Below, piece by piece: positions 28,458 to 38,398 of a DNA stretch of 64,000 nucleotides; position 1 is the stretch's first letter; every line of letters starts with the position of its first letter. This stretch comes from Ruminococcus sp. (lineage in GTDB: Bacteria; Bacillota; Clostridia; Oscillospirales; Ruminococcaceae): assembly GCA_029055625.1 (NCBI GenBank), contig JAIDCY010000027.1, forward strand, positions 226 through 64,225. Reading direction: 5' to 3'. The translations under genes and the position numbers were made by a program. The notes beneath the pieces were generated by a model that was not told the origin of the DNA, ran no database searches, and saw only the letters and a program-made list of their open reading frames with translations.

Positions 28458-31001
28458 ATGAAAACAAAAAATTTTTTAGTTTCATTAATGCCGTTTATTG
28501 TTTCTTTATCTTTCATTATGTTCTTTATAACCGGCAACAGCTACAATCCGGCAGTTATTCAGTCTTACGCCACGGAAGGCAGACTTTATAACCAGTATGA
28601 CACAAAGTGGAAAAACATAAAATTCAATAAATATTCAAATACCGCAAATGATATGTATACGTCAGGGTGCGGAATATTTTCTTTCTGTAACGCCATATAC
28701 GCCCTGAACGACAATACACCCGATGCCGTGGAAATTGCAACATGGGCGGTAAACAACGGTTCTTATCAGCCCGGAAACGGCGGAACATATCGTCATCCGT
28801 TCTATAACGCAATCGAATCGGCATACGGCGAGAGGTTCAACTTTAAATTCGAGGGCGATTATTACGGCAAAGTAACTGATGCAAGACTTGTAAACCATTT
28901 AAAAAAGGGTGGTGTTGCTGTAATACACGTATATAACCATTTCATGGCTATTTCCGGATATAATCCGCTGAATAACACATATCTCGTCATAGAAAGTGCG
29001 GTATCAAATACACGTGGTTTACAGCCATACGGCTGGGAAAGTGCTTCAAAAATGAACAGCGGAAATACCGCCGTTGACTGGTATGCATTACTCAGCAACA
29101 AAGAAGGTGTATCTATAACTTCCGGTATGGAGCTTTCTTACGAAACAATACCTAGTTTTCTTGAAAGGGGTGAAGATTTCAGCATACAGGGAAATATAGA
29201 ATCTTATCTGCCGATTGATTCCGTACAGGGCGGAATCTATAATGAAGACTGGTCTGTAAGACAATACGCCGAAGATAAACCACACAGTACATCGTATAGT
29301 CTCGCTCCTTATTTTGATAATCATATAGATTTCAGCCAGCTTGAAGAGGGAACATATAACTATCTTATCACGGCGACGGATTCCGGCGGTAAGGAATACA
29401 CTATAATAAACGTTGAATTTGCCGTCGGTGATTTTGGTATAACCGATTTACAGGCAACCTCAAAATACATAACTATGAGCAGGTCACAGGGTGAGTGCGG
29501 ACAGATAATTTTTTCCTACGAACTTTACGAAGGAGATATTACATTATCATACGAACACGGTGAAAACTGTGTTACAGATTGCGAATTCGGGCAGTGGTCA
29601 GACAAGAATTCAATACCGCTGATTATCAGCGGAACACGTGACGGTACGGAAATAATAACGGTTCAGATGAAAGACACGAACACGAACGAAATAATAGATA
29701 CCGTATATATAATGGTAAAAATTACAAGTGAACCGTTTGAATTTACCGCATCCAGGGATTACGTAACGATAAACAATTCAGAAAGTGAAAAAATAGTGTT
29801 CGGTTACAAAAATTATCCCGGCAACACCTTTTTAAGTTTTGAACACGGCGAGAATGCTATAACGACGTTAAACTGGGAGGGTTGGAATAATAACACGAAT
29901 ACTCTTGACATAAAGGGATACAAACTGGGTGAGGAGACAATAACGGTATCTCTCAAGGACAGCGATAAAGGCGATATACTGGCAACAGTGAAGATAAAAA
30001 TTGTTGTAACGGATTTGAAAACGGAACTTATCGCCTCAGATTCCGCACTTGAAATAGATATGGACAATGACGAAATAAAAAGTATAACATTTTCATATAA
30101 AAACTTACCGGCAGATTCGAGGGGATGCAGTATAAACTATGAACACGGCGAACATAAAGCCGTTGACCTTGAATGGAGCGAATGGAACGAACACCAGATA
30201 ACATTGTATATTCAGGGTTACAGAACAGGCACGGAAAATCTGAAAATAAGATTATACGATAAAACCACTGGCAAATTATACGACGAAAAGACAATAGAAA
30301 TCAAAGTATCGGGAACACCGAAAATAATATCATCAGAAGATAATATTTCATTGAATTATAATAAACCGGAAAGTAAAACGGTTGAATTTACTATGATAAA
30401 ATATCCGTATGACTGTTCAATATTCTATATACACGGTGAAAATCCTGTAACGGAATGTAAATGGAACGGCTGGAACGGCGATACAGACATATTACTGATA
30501 ACACCAACAGCACCAGGCACGGAAACAATCAGAATTGAAATGCGTACAGGAGAAAACGTAATAGTTTCCAAAGAAATAGAAGTTACAGTAACGGCAGAAT
30601 TTAACATTACATTTGATGCAAACGGCGGAAACGTCAGTGTATCCGAAAAAACGGTAACATTCGGCGGAAAATACAAGAATCTGCCATCACCCGTACGTGA
30701 GGGATATATTTTTGACGGCTGGTATACTAAAAAAATAGCGGGAACAAAGATAACAGCCGATACAGAAGTATCAATAACCGATAATCAGACACTTTACGCA
30801 CACTGGAAGGCACAGGTAATAGAGGGCGATTGTAACAATGACGGTGAATTTGATGTTTCAGATGTTGTAATTTTACAGAAATGGCTTGTCGGCAACAGCA
30901 ACGTTAATATAAAGAAATGGAAAAACGCCGACCTCAACGAAGATGATGTGCTTGATGTATTCGACCTTGTGATAATGAAGCGGAAACTTATAAACAATTA
31001 A
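28458..31001 (+). CDS. Secreted dockerin protein: C39-like cysteine peptidase domain, Ig-like repeats, Listeria-Bacteroides (InlB B) repeat, type I dockerin
   Basis: Signal peptide; YNQ.D..W...SGCG.FS...HFMAI.GY papain-fold triad; ITFDANGG...P.REGY.FDGWYT; GDCNNDGEFDVSDVVILQKWL...ADLNEDDVLDVFDL. Confidence 0.8.
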   Translation: MKTKNFLVSLMPFIVSLSFIMFFITGNSYNPAVIQSYATEGRLYNQYDTKWKNIKFNKYSNTANDMYTSGCGIFSFCNAIYALNDNTPDAVEIATWAVNNGSYQPGNGGTYRHPFYNAIESAYGERFNFKFEGDYYGKVTDARLVNHLKKGGVAVIHVYNHFMAISGYNPLNNTYLVIESAVSNTRGLQPYGWESASKMNSGNTAVDWYALLSNKEGVSITSGMELSYETIPSFLERGEDFSIQGNIESYLPIDSVQGGIYNEDWSVRQYAEDKPHSTSYSLAPYFDNHIDFSQLEEGTYNYLITATDSGGKEYTIINVEFAVGDFGITDLQATSKYITMSRSQGECGQIIFSYELYEGDITLSYEHGENCVTDCEFGQWSDKNSIPLIISGTRDGTEIITVQMKDTNTNEIIDTVYIMVKITSEPFEFTASRDYVTINNSESEKIVFGYKNYPGNTFLSFEHGENAITTLNWEGWNNNTNTLDIKGYKLGEETITVSLKDSDKGDILATVKIKIVVTDLKTELIASDSALEIDMDNDEIKSITFSYKNLPADSRGCSINYEHGEHKAVDLEWSEWNEHQITLYIQGYRTGTENLKIRLYDKTTGKLYDEKTIEIKVSGTPKIISSEDNISLNYNKPESKTVEFTMIKYPYDCSIFYIHGENPVTECKWNGWNGDTDILLITPTAPGTETIRIEMRTGENVIVSKEIEVTVTAEFNITFDANGGNVSVSEKTVTFGGKYKNLPSPVREGYIFDGWYTKKIAGTKITADTEVSITDNQTLYAHWKAQVIEGDCNNDGEFDVSDVVILQKWLVGNSNVNIKKWKNADLNEDDVLDVFDLVIMKRKLINN

Positions 31002-31012
31002 AAAATCAGAAA

Positions 31013-31052
31013 AAAATGACGGCTTTGTAAAGAAATACAGAGCTGTCATTTT
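31013..31052 (+). terminator. Terminator
   Basis: AAAATGACGGCTTTGTA/TACAGAGCTGTCATTTT stem. Confidence 0.65.
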
Positions 31053-31178
31053 ATTTATATAAATTTTTTTGCGTTTCGCTTGTGATTAAACATCCTGTCT
31101 CATAAGGAATTGTTTTAAATTTAAGTTTACAAGAAGCTGATTTTGTGATAAAATATAAAGGGAAAGGAGATTTTTTTT

Positions 31179-32369
31179 ATGAACGAATACGAAGAAATAC
31201 AACGCTGGCTGGACGAACAGGCAAAAAATTATATTCCGACGGAAGAAACGTTAAAGGATTACGGGCTTACAATGAAAACTGCATCAGAGCAGGCGGACTT
31301 ATACAGGGAAAAATTTTTCCGGTTATTGCGGAAATACGGCATCATCACAGATAATATCAGTGTAATAATTGCGGAAGTTGACAGACTGATATGTGAAACT
31401 CAGAATGAAGATTTACTGTTTGTCTATACTGCACTTGCAACGGAAAAAGGTTTATTTTTCGGCGATATGTACGACGAAGAGCAGAAAATTATTTGCTGGC
31501 TGAAACAGTGGGGAAATGCGGAAAAATTTTCAAAAGCGATACAGAATGATAAAATCTATAAAAAACGGCTTGCAGGTCTGCAAGGATTTGTTGAGAATAA
31601 GGATTCTGAAGAACCGGATACGGAAGAGCAGACGTTATTATATCAGATGTCGATAGAACACGATTTCCTTTATAAAGGCAGAAAAAGTAAATTTTATCTG
31701 GAGAATATCGGCGAACTTGTCCGGAAAGTAAATTCAGTTCCGGAACTGAAAGTTATAAAGCCTTATGTATACAGTGCGATACTCAGCCGGAAACACAATC
31801 TTATGATTAACAGAAAAAATTACAGTCCGAATTTTGCGAACATCTTTGAAAGAACGGATTACAGGATAAAAACGGATAACGGCAAAAATTTTGACACTTA
31901 CCAGTCGTATATAGAATTATATGACCACCTCCGGCGGTTTTATCAGGACGAAGCAGACATTGATTTTTCCGATTATTACTTTTCACATCTTAATAATCTG
32001 AGTGAGTGGTATTACGAAAACTGTGAACCGAACGAAGAAATCCCCATGACACTTGAACGTATGGCGAAACATTATATAAATCATATAAATATTAAAATTC
32101 CGGAATATATAGAAAAAAAACAACCATTACTCGAAATAGTATATGACAATATCCTGGCGAATGAAACGAAATGGTCTGATATGATAAATGACGTTCAGAA
32201 CGGCGGTAATATCAGTAATTACTGCGAAAGACTTTATAAAATGGCAGATGGTATGAGACTATGCGGGAACAGAAAAACCGCCTTGAAGTATGCGGAACTT
32301 CACCTGATTGTATTTATGGAGGAAATAAACCACCGGATTCTGACGAATGGTTATAAAAATTTTCTGTAA
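31179..32369 (+). CDS. Hypothetical protein, paralog of 40884..41942
   Basis: RBS GAAAGGAG; shares NF..YQS..ELY.HLRR.Y, FSDY.F..L..LSEWYY.NCEPNE.IPM with the paralog. Confidence 0.75.
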   Translation: MNEYEEIQRWLDEQAKNYIPTEETLKDYGLTMKTASEQADLYREKFFRLLRKYGIITDNISVIIAEVDRLICETQNEDLLFVYTALATEKGLFFGDMYDEEQKIICWLKQWGNAEKFSKAIQNDKIYKKRLAGLQGFVENKDSEEPDTEEQTLLYQMSIEHDFLYKGRKSKFYLENIGELVRKVNSVPELKVIKPYVYSAILSRKHNLMINRKNYSPNFANIFERTDYRIKTDNGKNFDTYQSYIELYDHLRRFYQDEADIDFSDYYFSHLNNLSEWYYENCEPNEEIPMTLERMAKHYINHINIKIPEYIEKKQPLLEIVYDNILANETKWSDMINDVQNGGNISNYCERLYKMADGMRLCGNRKTALKYAELHLIVFMEEINHRILTNGYKNFL

Positions 32370-32440
32370 AAACAGTTCCGGAAAAAATAAAATCCGCTGT
32401 GACAATAATTTCACAACGAATCTTTATTTTTATTCCGCTT

Positions 32441-34162
32441 CTAAAACCGGGAGGCATATATAAGGCATCTGTTATTCAGAGAACGATATGACGCCAATAA
32501 ATCCTGTTTATTGTTTTCCGACATCATAATTATATCCCTGAATTTTATTTTTCCGGCGGAATATTTCAGCAGGAAACTTTCACATTCACTGAAAATATAA
32601 CTGCCATAAGTGAGCAAACCGTTCTTATATTCCAGAAGACTAAACGTTCTTACAGGATATAATTCAAGCAGTTCATCATCTGTATAATCATTGTTTCCGT
32701 GACGATATATTGAAATAATTCTTTCAATATAATTTACAATATGTTCCTGTTTAAGATAATAATCTTTCCATAAAGAAGATATATTCAGACGTTCACCAGC
32801 CTTGAAGAAAATACGTTCAACATCTGCTTTAACGGCATTCCGTGACAACATTCTTATTTTTTCCTTAAGCATTTCATCAAATGTTTTCTTGAAAGAAATC
32901 AGTTTTTCATATTCCATTGATTCAGGCTTCATCAATGGCATCTGCATGGAATATATACAGGTGTTTTCGTCAACTCCGGAATATTCAAGATTATAATCAG
33001 CCGGATTTAAAGTAATAGGTGTGTGCGGATAAGGTGCAAGAAATACGGTTTTACACTCAAACATTCCCTGACCTGCTTCAAGCATTTGTTCCGCAAGCTT
33101 CATACTTTCCGATATTGATTCTTCCGTTTCGTATGCACCGCCAACGATAAAATTTCCGACCAGCCGGGGCAGTCCCGCATTTTTACAGATATTCACAACT
33201 TCTAAAATCATATCCCTGTCGGTTTTCTTATTATACGCTTCAAGTACAGTATTACTTCCGCTTTCAATACCAATCTGCAAACCAATCATTCCGGAATCAA
33301 CCATAATTTTTACCATTTCCGGATTTTTAGCTATATTTGAAGTATGCCCCTCACAATACCAGAATAACTTTCTTTTTTTCACTTCCTTACAAAAAGCTTC
33401 AACCCGTCTGAAATCAAGAGTGAATGTATCATCATATATATTCAGATACTTTAATTTATGGTTTTCGGAAATGGCAAAATCAATTTCAGAAATTACGTTT
33501 TCTATGGAGCGTAAACGCACTTTTTTAGTATTTGCCCCCTCGTAACAGAAAGCACACCGGAAAGGACAGCCCCGACCCGTAATGATTCCGAAATCAATTT
33601 TATTTCTGAAATCTGAACCGATACATCTTTTCCGGCTTGGGAACGGTATTTCATCAAGATTACAGAAAGGCTTCGCAAGGGGATTTTCATGATAAATATT
33701 ATTTTTATCAATATAACGCAGACTCTGTACCTGCTCCAGCGGAAGTATATTATCAATAATACAGCTCAGCAACTGATATTCCGGAATTTCCCCCTCTCCC
33801 TCTATAACAAAATCACAGCCTGTTTCACGCAGAAAATCTTCTTTCAGGGCAACAGCTTCAGGACCTCCGGCAATTGTATATACATTATAAGTCTTTTTAA
33901 TCCATTCAATCAGATGCTTCACAACTGAAAGATTATCTGTTGCTGTATAAAATCCTATAACAGGTACGGAATCTTTTTCTATTGCTCCGGAAATTATTTC
34001 TTCACAGTCTCCGGTAGTTCCGGAATAAACCATCGCCTTGAATCCTTTGGTTTCAAGATATGATGCTATGGAATGCTGACCCAGATTATCAAACATATGA
34101 GAAGGAATGCGTTCAACGTTCATAAGAAGAAGTTCATACTTAGTGGCATCCGTAATTTTCAT
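32441..34162 (-). CDS. Cobalamin-dependent (class B-like) radical SAM protein
   Basis: B12-binding N-domain (IASYL...IAGGPEA...GEGE), GRGCPFRCAFC, IYDDTFT, GIESGS, FIVG...ET.ES; extra C-terminal ~100 aa. Confidence 0.9.
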   Translation of the reverse strand: MKITDATKYELLLMNVERIPSHMFDNLGQHSIASYLETKGFKAMVYSGTTGDCEEIISGAIEKDSVPVIGFYTATDNLSVVKHLIEWIKKTYNVYTIAGGPEAVALKEDFLRETGCDFVIEGEGEIPEYQLLSCIIDNILPLEQVQSLRYIDKNNIYHENPLAKPFCNLDEIPFPSRKRCIGSDFRNKIDFGIITGRGCPFRCAFCYEGANTKKVRLRSIENVISEIDFAISENHKLKYLNIYDDTFTLDFRRVEAFCKEVKKRKLFWYCEGHTSNIAKNPEMVKIMVDSGMIGLQIGIESGSNTVLEAYNKKTDRDMILEVVNICKNAGLPRLVGNFIVGGAYETEESISESMKLAEQMLEAGQGMFECKTVFLAPYPHTPITLNPADYNLEYSGVDENTCIYSMQMPLMKPESMEYEKLISFKKTFDEMLKEKIRMLSRNAVKADVERIFFKAGERLNISSLWKDYYLKQEHIVNYIERIISIYRHGNNDYTDDELLELYPVRTFSLLEYKNGLLTYGSYIFSECESFLLKYSAGKIKFRDIIMMSENNKQDLLASYRSLNNRCLIYASRF

Positions 34163-35240
34163 TGTATAATTCCTCTCGTTTTTCTTTCAGTTTATTTTCA
34201 ATAAAAACAAGCCCGTCGGTCATGAGATACCTGAAAAATTTTTTATAGTCATTACATAAAGGGTTTCTGTGGCTTCCGTCAATCCATACCATATAGGGAC
34301 AGCCACCGTTACAGATTTTCTGGAATTTACACGCCGAACACTCCGGACGGATTTCCGGCTTGTACATTTTATTTTCAAAAGGCAGTGAAATATTATCAAC
34401 GTTTATATTTCCACCGCTGAAAGCCTTGTTATCACAGAATCTTCCGCAAGGATAAATTTCACCTTTATAATCAATTGCTATGAAATTACAGAAACAGTTT
34501 CCCGAAAAAGTACACTCACCGTATGGTGAATGACTGAAAATCTTTTGTGAAAGGCTTTCGACCGGCTGAAAAGGAATATCAAGCTCATTTGACATGATAT
34601 ACTCATATACTTTTATAAGATATTCCGCATACTGTCCGGATTCAAGAAGAATTTCACTGTTATTTTCCGCTTCACCGCAATTAATCAGCGGATTTATTTT
34701 TATCGGGATGTGATGTTCTGCGAATTTATCAAGGAAAGAAAAATCATCTGTTACATTTGCCCCCACTACCATAAGAGCGGAAGCAGGTATATTTTCTGAT
34801 TTCATTTTCAGGATATTGTTAAAAATAGTATCATAAGTAGGTTTTCCGTTTATATCCGTCCGGGTCTGATTGTGAATATCAGCAGAACCGTCTATACTTA
34901 CGCCGATTCTGAAACCGTATTCTGAAAAAAGATTAATGAATTTATCATTTATATGATAGCCGTTACTCTGCATACGCCAGCAGAAAGTAATATCCGGATA
35001 TTTTTCATTTATCCTGCTGATGGCTTGTTCATAAAATTCACATGGTACTATTGTAGGTTCTCCGCCATGAAAAATAATATCAACCTTGTCTTCATTTCCC
35101 GCCCTTGAATTTTCCACACAGAAACAGATGTTTTTATATAGCTGTTCTTCTGAAATTATATGAAAGTCCGATTTGTCACCGACACAGCAATATTTACAAC
35201 GCATATTACAGCCATCCGTAACTTTAAGAATATAGTTCAT
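34140..35240 (-). CDS. Radical SAM/SPASM domain protein (peptide/protein maturase type)
   Basis: CNMRCKYC, FHGGEP, QSNG, GVSIDG...HN..R; SPASM G.IYPC and CSACKFQKICNGGC (Cx2Cx5Cx3C). Confidence 0.9.
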   Translation of the reverse strand: MNYILKVTDGCNMRCKYCCVGDKSDFHIISEEQLYKNICFCVENSRAGNEDKVDIIFHGGEPTIVPCEFYEQAISRINEKYPDITFCWRMQSNGYHINDKFINLFSEYGFRIGVSIDGSADIHNQTRTDINGKPTYDTIFNNILKMKSENIPASALMVVGANVTDDFSFLDKFAEHHIPIKINPLINCGEAENNSEILLESGQYAEYLIKVYEYIMSNELDIPFQPVESLSQKIFSHSPYGECTFSGNCFCNFIAIDYKGEIYPCGRFCDNKAFSGGNINVDNISLPFENKMYKPEIRPECSACKFQKICNGGCPYMVWIDGSHRNPLCNDYKKFFRYLMTDGLVFIENKLKEKREELYNENYGCH

Positions 35241-35245
35241 AATTA

Positions 35246-37012
35246 TTATCCCTTCATTGCGGAAAGTCGGGAAACTGCGGTATCAATGAGTTTTACCGCT
35301 TCCTGATTGAGATTCACAACCGGACGGAAATACATATCAATAAGTTCGTTAATCTGTACTTCCACGTTATCCTGAAAATATACGTTAATCTGTGAAGTTA
35401 TAGCATCCCTTATTGCAGATTCATTAACGCCGGTATTGATATTATGATGTTTTGTTACCGTCCGGGTATGGTTTTCATAATATTCTTTTCCGAAAAAAGA
35501 ACCGATATGTTCAAAAAGACCATGTGGTGGACGTGAACGTCTTTCCACAAATTGCTGTTGATAGGAAATACTTTCCGTCTGCATTTTCATTTCCGGAATA
35601 CTGAAACCGTTTTCCTGCATATTATCAAAAATACGTGTGGAATTGCTTGTCATGAACTCGGAAAGTTCCCTTTCACAGATAGTGCGTGAGGATTCGGAAA
35701 TAATTTTTACAATATCGCCGGAAATTCTGCCGGAACTTATACTTTTGCCACCGTCTCCTATTTCCGTACGATACCGGCTGATTAAATTCTGAATTTTCGC
35801 CATTGAATCCGATTTTATCATAGTACGTATGCTTTCTTTTTTCGTGTCAAGTTCCTGTATCTGCCTGTTAAAATCGCTTATATTTTCATTGAGTGTCTTT
35901 TTAAGACCCATAAGCGATTCCGTATTTTCATTACCTATAACATCAGTAATCATAGTATTAATACGTTTCATAGGGGTTGCAAGCTTCATCTGTCCTGCGT
36001 CGTTCTTTGTGATTTCAATTAACTTATCAAGAAATTTATCGATATTACTTTGTCTGTACTGTTCGTCGTCACCGTTTCTGAATGCTTCAACGGCGAGCTG
36101 TTTTGATATTGTCATAATACTGCTGTACTGAAGAATATCATCAAGATTCTGTTCACGTATACTATCAAGCAGATAATCTTCAACGTCCTTTCTGTCCTTG
36201 TCACTTTTCGCCATCAGAACTTTGATTATATTTCCGTCGTCGTCGCAGTCTTCGTCGTAAGTGTCGGACATAGTGACGAGAAGAAGAACAGGTTTTTTCA
36301 TTTCTGCAAATCTTTTCATTTCAAGAAATTCCTGCTGAGTTCCTGCCGCATCTGAACTGCACGTAAAAATAACGAGGTCTGAATTCTGAATATATTCCTT
36401 TGCAAGTTCTTCATTTTCCTTCGTTATACTGCCTATACCGGGGGTATCAAACCATGAAAGACCGCCTATTGTAAAATACTGAATAGTACTTGTAGTTTCC
36501 GTTGAACCCACGCCGAATTCACAGTCTTCTTCCGAAAGAGTTTCCAGCTTGTTGCTTGTTGTGATTTTTCCCCTGTCCTCAACGGTGACAACGGGCTTTA
36601 TCTTATCGTATTCAGAAGAAATACCGAGTTTTTTTATCTCACTGCCCATTATAAAGTTACCGAGCGAGCTTTTACCGGACTTCACTTTTCCGAATACGGA
36701 AACAACAAATGTTTTTTCATGTCCTTTGATAAATGACATTCCTTTTCCGGATTCAAGTATTTTTGCCGTACCTGTTTTTATGCACTCGTTCAGAACGGAA
36801 GTAACATTCTTTTTAAGAGATGCAATATTCATGCTGTCTTCAGGATTGGCGGAATTTCTGACGAGATTGTTTATCTGCTTTTCCATATCGGAAAAAATCT
36901 GTTCTATCTGTGCCTGCTTATCCTCGTATGCTTTTATTCCCTGCGAAAACTTTTCTTCTGAATCAAGCATTGCACTGACAAAATTATTGACGCTGTCTGT
37001 TCTGAATGACAT
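35246..37012 (-). CDS. Bacterial dynamin-like GTPase
   Basis: G1 FGKVKSGKSS, G2 region GSTETT, G3 DTPG, G4 VTMSD, long helical C-terminus with a hydrophobic GLFEHIGSFFG loop. Confidence 0.8.
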   Translation of the reverse strand: MSFRTDSVNNFVSAMLDSEEKFSQGIKAYEDKQAQIEQIFSDMEKQINNLVRNSANPEDSMNIASLKKNVTSVLNECIKTGTAKILESGKGMSFIKGHEKTFVVSVFGKVKSGKSSLGNFIMGSEIKKLGISSEYDKIKPVVTVEDRGKITTSNKLETLSEEDCEFGVGSTETTSTIQYFTIGGLSWFDTPGIGSITKENEELAKEYIQNSDLVIFTCSSDAAGTQQEFLEMKRFAEMKKPVLLLVTMSDTYDEDCDDDGNIIKVLMAKSDKDRKDVEDYLLDSIREQNLDDILQYSSIMTISKQLAVEAFRNGDDEQYRQSNIDKFLDKLIEITKNDAGQMKLATPMKRINTMITDVIGNENTESLMGLKKTLNENISDFNRQIQELDTKKESIRTMIKSDSMAKIQNLISRYRTEIGDGGKSISSGRISGDIVKIISESSRTICERELSEFMTSNSTRIFDNMQENGFSIPEMKMQTESISYQQQFVERRSRPPHGLFEHIGSFFGKEYYENHTRTVTKHHNINTGVNESAIRDAITSQINVYFQDNVEVQINELIDMYFRPVVNLNQEAVKLIDTAVSRLSAMKG

Positions 37013-37024
37013 ATATTTCCCTCC

Positions 37025-37477
37025 TTAATCTTTACCATCAAGACCGTATTCAGTCATAAGCTGATTACGCATAGTGCCCAGACTACTTATAGCATATTCA
37101 ATATCTTTAAGTTGCTGGTCAAATCCGGCGGTTTCAGCCTTTATTTCTTTATCATAGTCAACATTAATTTTGTGAGTTCCGGCTGACTGTATTTCATTAA
37201 GTGAAACATTTTCAACATTGGAATCGGATATACTACCCTTAGAAGTTCCGGAAAGATATTTCTGTAACTGATTATTTTTAATATCAATCAGGGTTCTCTT
37301 TGCGGATTCATATTCATTTCTTGCGGCTTCCTGTCTTCTGCGACGACGTTCTGCGGCATCGCTGTAATCGCTGTGGTTACTGTAGTTTCCGTAATCGCTG
37401 TGGTCGCTGTAGTCGCTGTGGTCACTGTGAGCGATAGCACCTATTATAGCACCACCAACTGCTATCCAAACTGGCAT
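37025..37477 (-). CDS. Small protein with N-terminal hydrophobic helix, eight (H/Y)-x-(D/N) repeats and a coiled coil; candidate radical SAM substrate
   Basis: RBS AAGGAGG; MPVWIAVGGAIIGAIA then HSDHSDYSDHSDYGNYSNHSDYSD then a charged helix. Confidence 0.8.
   Translation of the reverse strand: MPVWIAVGGAIIGAIAHSDHSDYSDHSDYGNYSNHSDYSDAAERRRRRQEAARNEYESAKRTLIDIKNNQLQKYLSGTSKGSISDSNVENVSLNEIQSAGTHKINVDYDKEIKAETAGFDQQLKDIEYAISSLGTMRNQLMTEYGLDGKD
37358..37429 (-). repeat. Eight degenerate 9-bp coding repeats
   Basis: CACAGCGAC/TACAGCGA(C/T)-like units encoding HSD/YSD/YGN/YSN. Confidence 0.9.
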
Positions 37478-37494
37478 ATTTTATTTCCTCCTTG

Positions 37495-38394
37495 TTATAT
37501 ATTGTTATATTCGTCTCTTTTGCTTTTCACGATATTGTACTGATTCCTGAACATCTCAAATACAGATTTCCATTCATTTTTTAAAGAATCGTACTTTTGT
37601 TTTATTCTGTCGACAACGTTCTGTTTTGTTTCCCTGATTTGTTTTTTCCTGATGTCAAGTTCTGTCTTGCTCTCCTTACAGAGACTGTATAGCTGTTCTG
37701 CAATAAGGTAATCCGAAACGGCAGAATAAGCATCTGCTTTTTTTATTATCGCCTCCTTTATTTCCGGGATTCTGCTCATTTCAATCATTTTGTCCTTGCC
37801 TTTTTCCACACCGGTAAGATAACGCTTGACAGAGATTTCATAGAAATCAATATCACAGCCAACGGCTTCTTTTACCATACGGCGAGTTTCTTTGATTGTA
37901 TCCGGATATGATGGGTCAGACTGTCTCTCATCAATCCAGCTACATACAAACATAAGCCTTGCCTTTTTCTCACGGTTACTGCTCATTCTTCCGGCGATGG
38001 ACTGAAGCCATTTATACTCCGCATCATTAAGCATACCGAGTTTTATATTATGAATCATGATGATAATATCAGATTCAAGGATTGAATTTAATGCAACCTG
38101 TGTATCTTCTTCGTTTACGTCAATACCGGGTGTATCGACAATATCGATTTTGTCCGTAAGACTTTCTATGTCCTGACTTTTTGTAACTCTCGCCGCACCT
38201 GTTGCGAAACGTTCGGACGAATCGATAAGAACATTGAACAGACTGCTTTTTCCGGAACTTACAAGTCCGGTATTTGCGATTTTAATTTTTCTTTCAGTAT
38301 TCATACGTGAGTTTATACTGCTCCATTTGTACGAAAGTTCCTGAGAAAGATTTTCTTCCATAATAGTTAATAAACGTTCTGATATTTTTATCAT
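37495..38394 (-). CDS. Short dynamin-like/TRAFAC GTPase
   Basis: G1 GLVSSGKSS, G2 region GAARVT, G3 DTPG, G4 region CSWID, C-terminal helix. Confidence 0.75.
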   Translation of the reverse strand: MIKISERLLTIMEENLSQELSYKWSSINSRMNTERKIKIANTGLVSSGKSSLFNVLIDSSERFATGAARVTKSQDIESLTDKIDIVDTPGIDVNEEDTQVALNSILESDIIIMIHNIKLGMLNDAEYKWLQSIAGRMSSNREKKARLMFVCSWIDERQSDPSYPDTIKETRRMVKEAVGCDIDFYEISVKRYLTGVEKGKDKMIEMSRIPEIKEAIIKKADAYSAVSDYLIAEQLYSLCKESKTELDIRKKQIRETKQNVVDRIKQKYDSLKNEWKSVFEMFRNQYNIVKSKRDEYNNI

Positions 38395-38398
38395 ATTA

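Noticed and set aside
37358-37429. Short tandem repeats as a possible CRISPR or VNTR
   Set aside because: The 9-bp in-frame degenerate units have no spacers and no cas genes are present; they are coding repeats. No CRISPR array was seen anywhere in the window.
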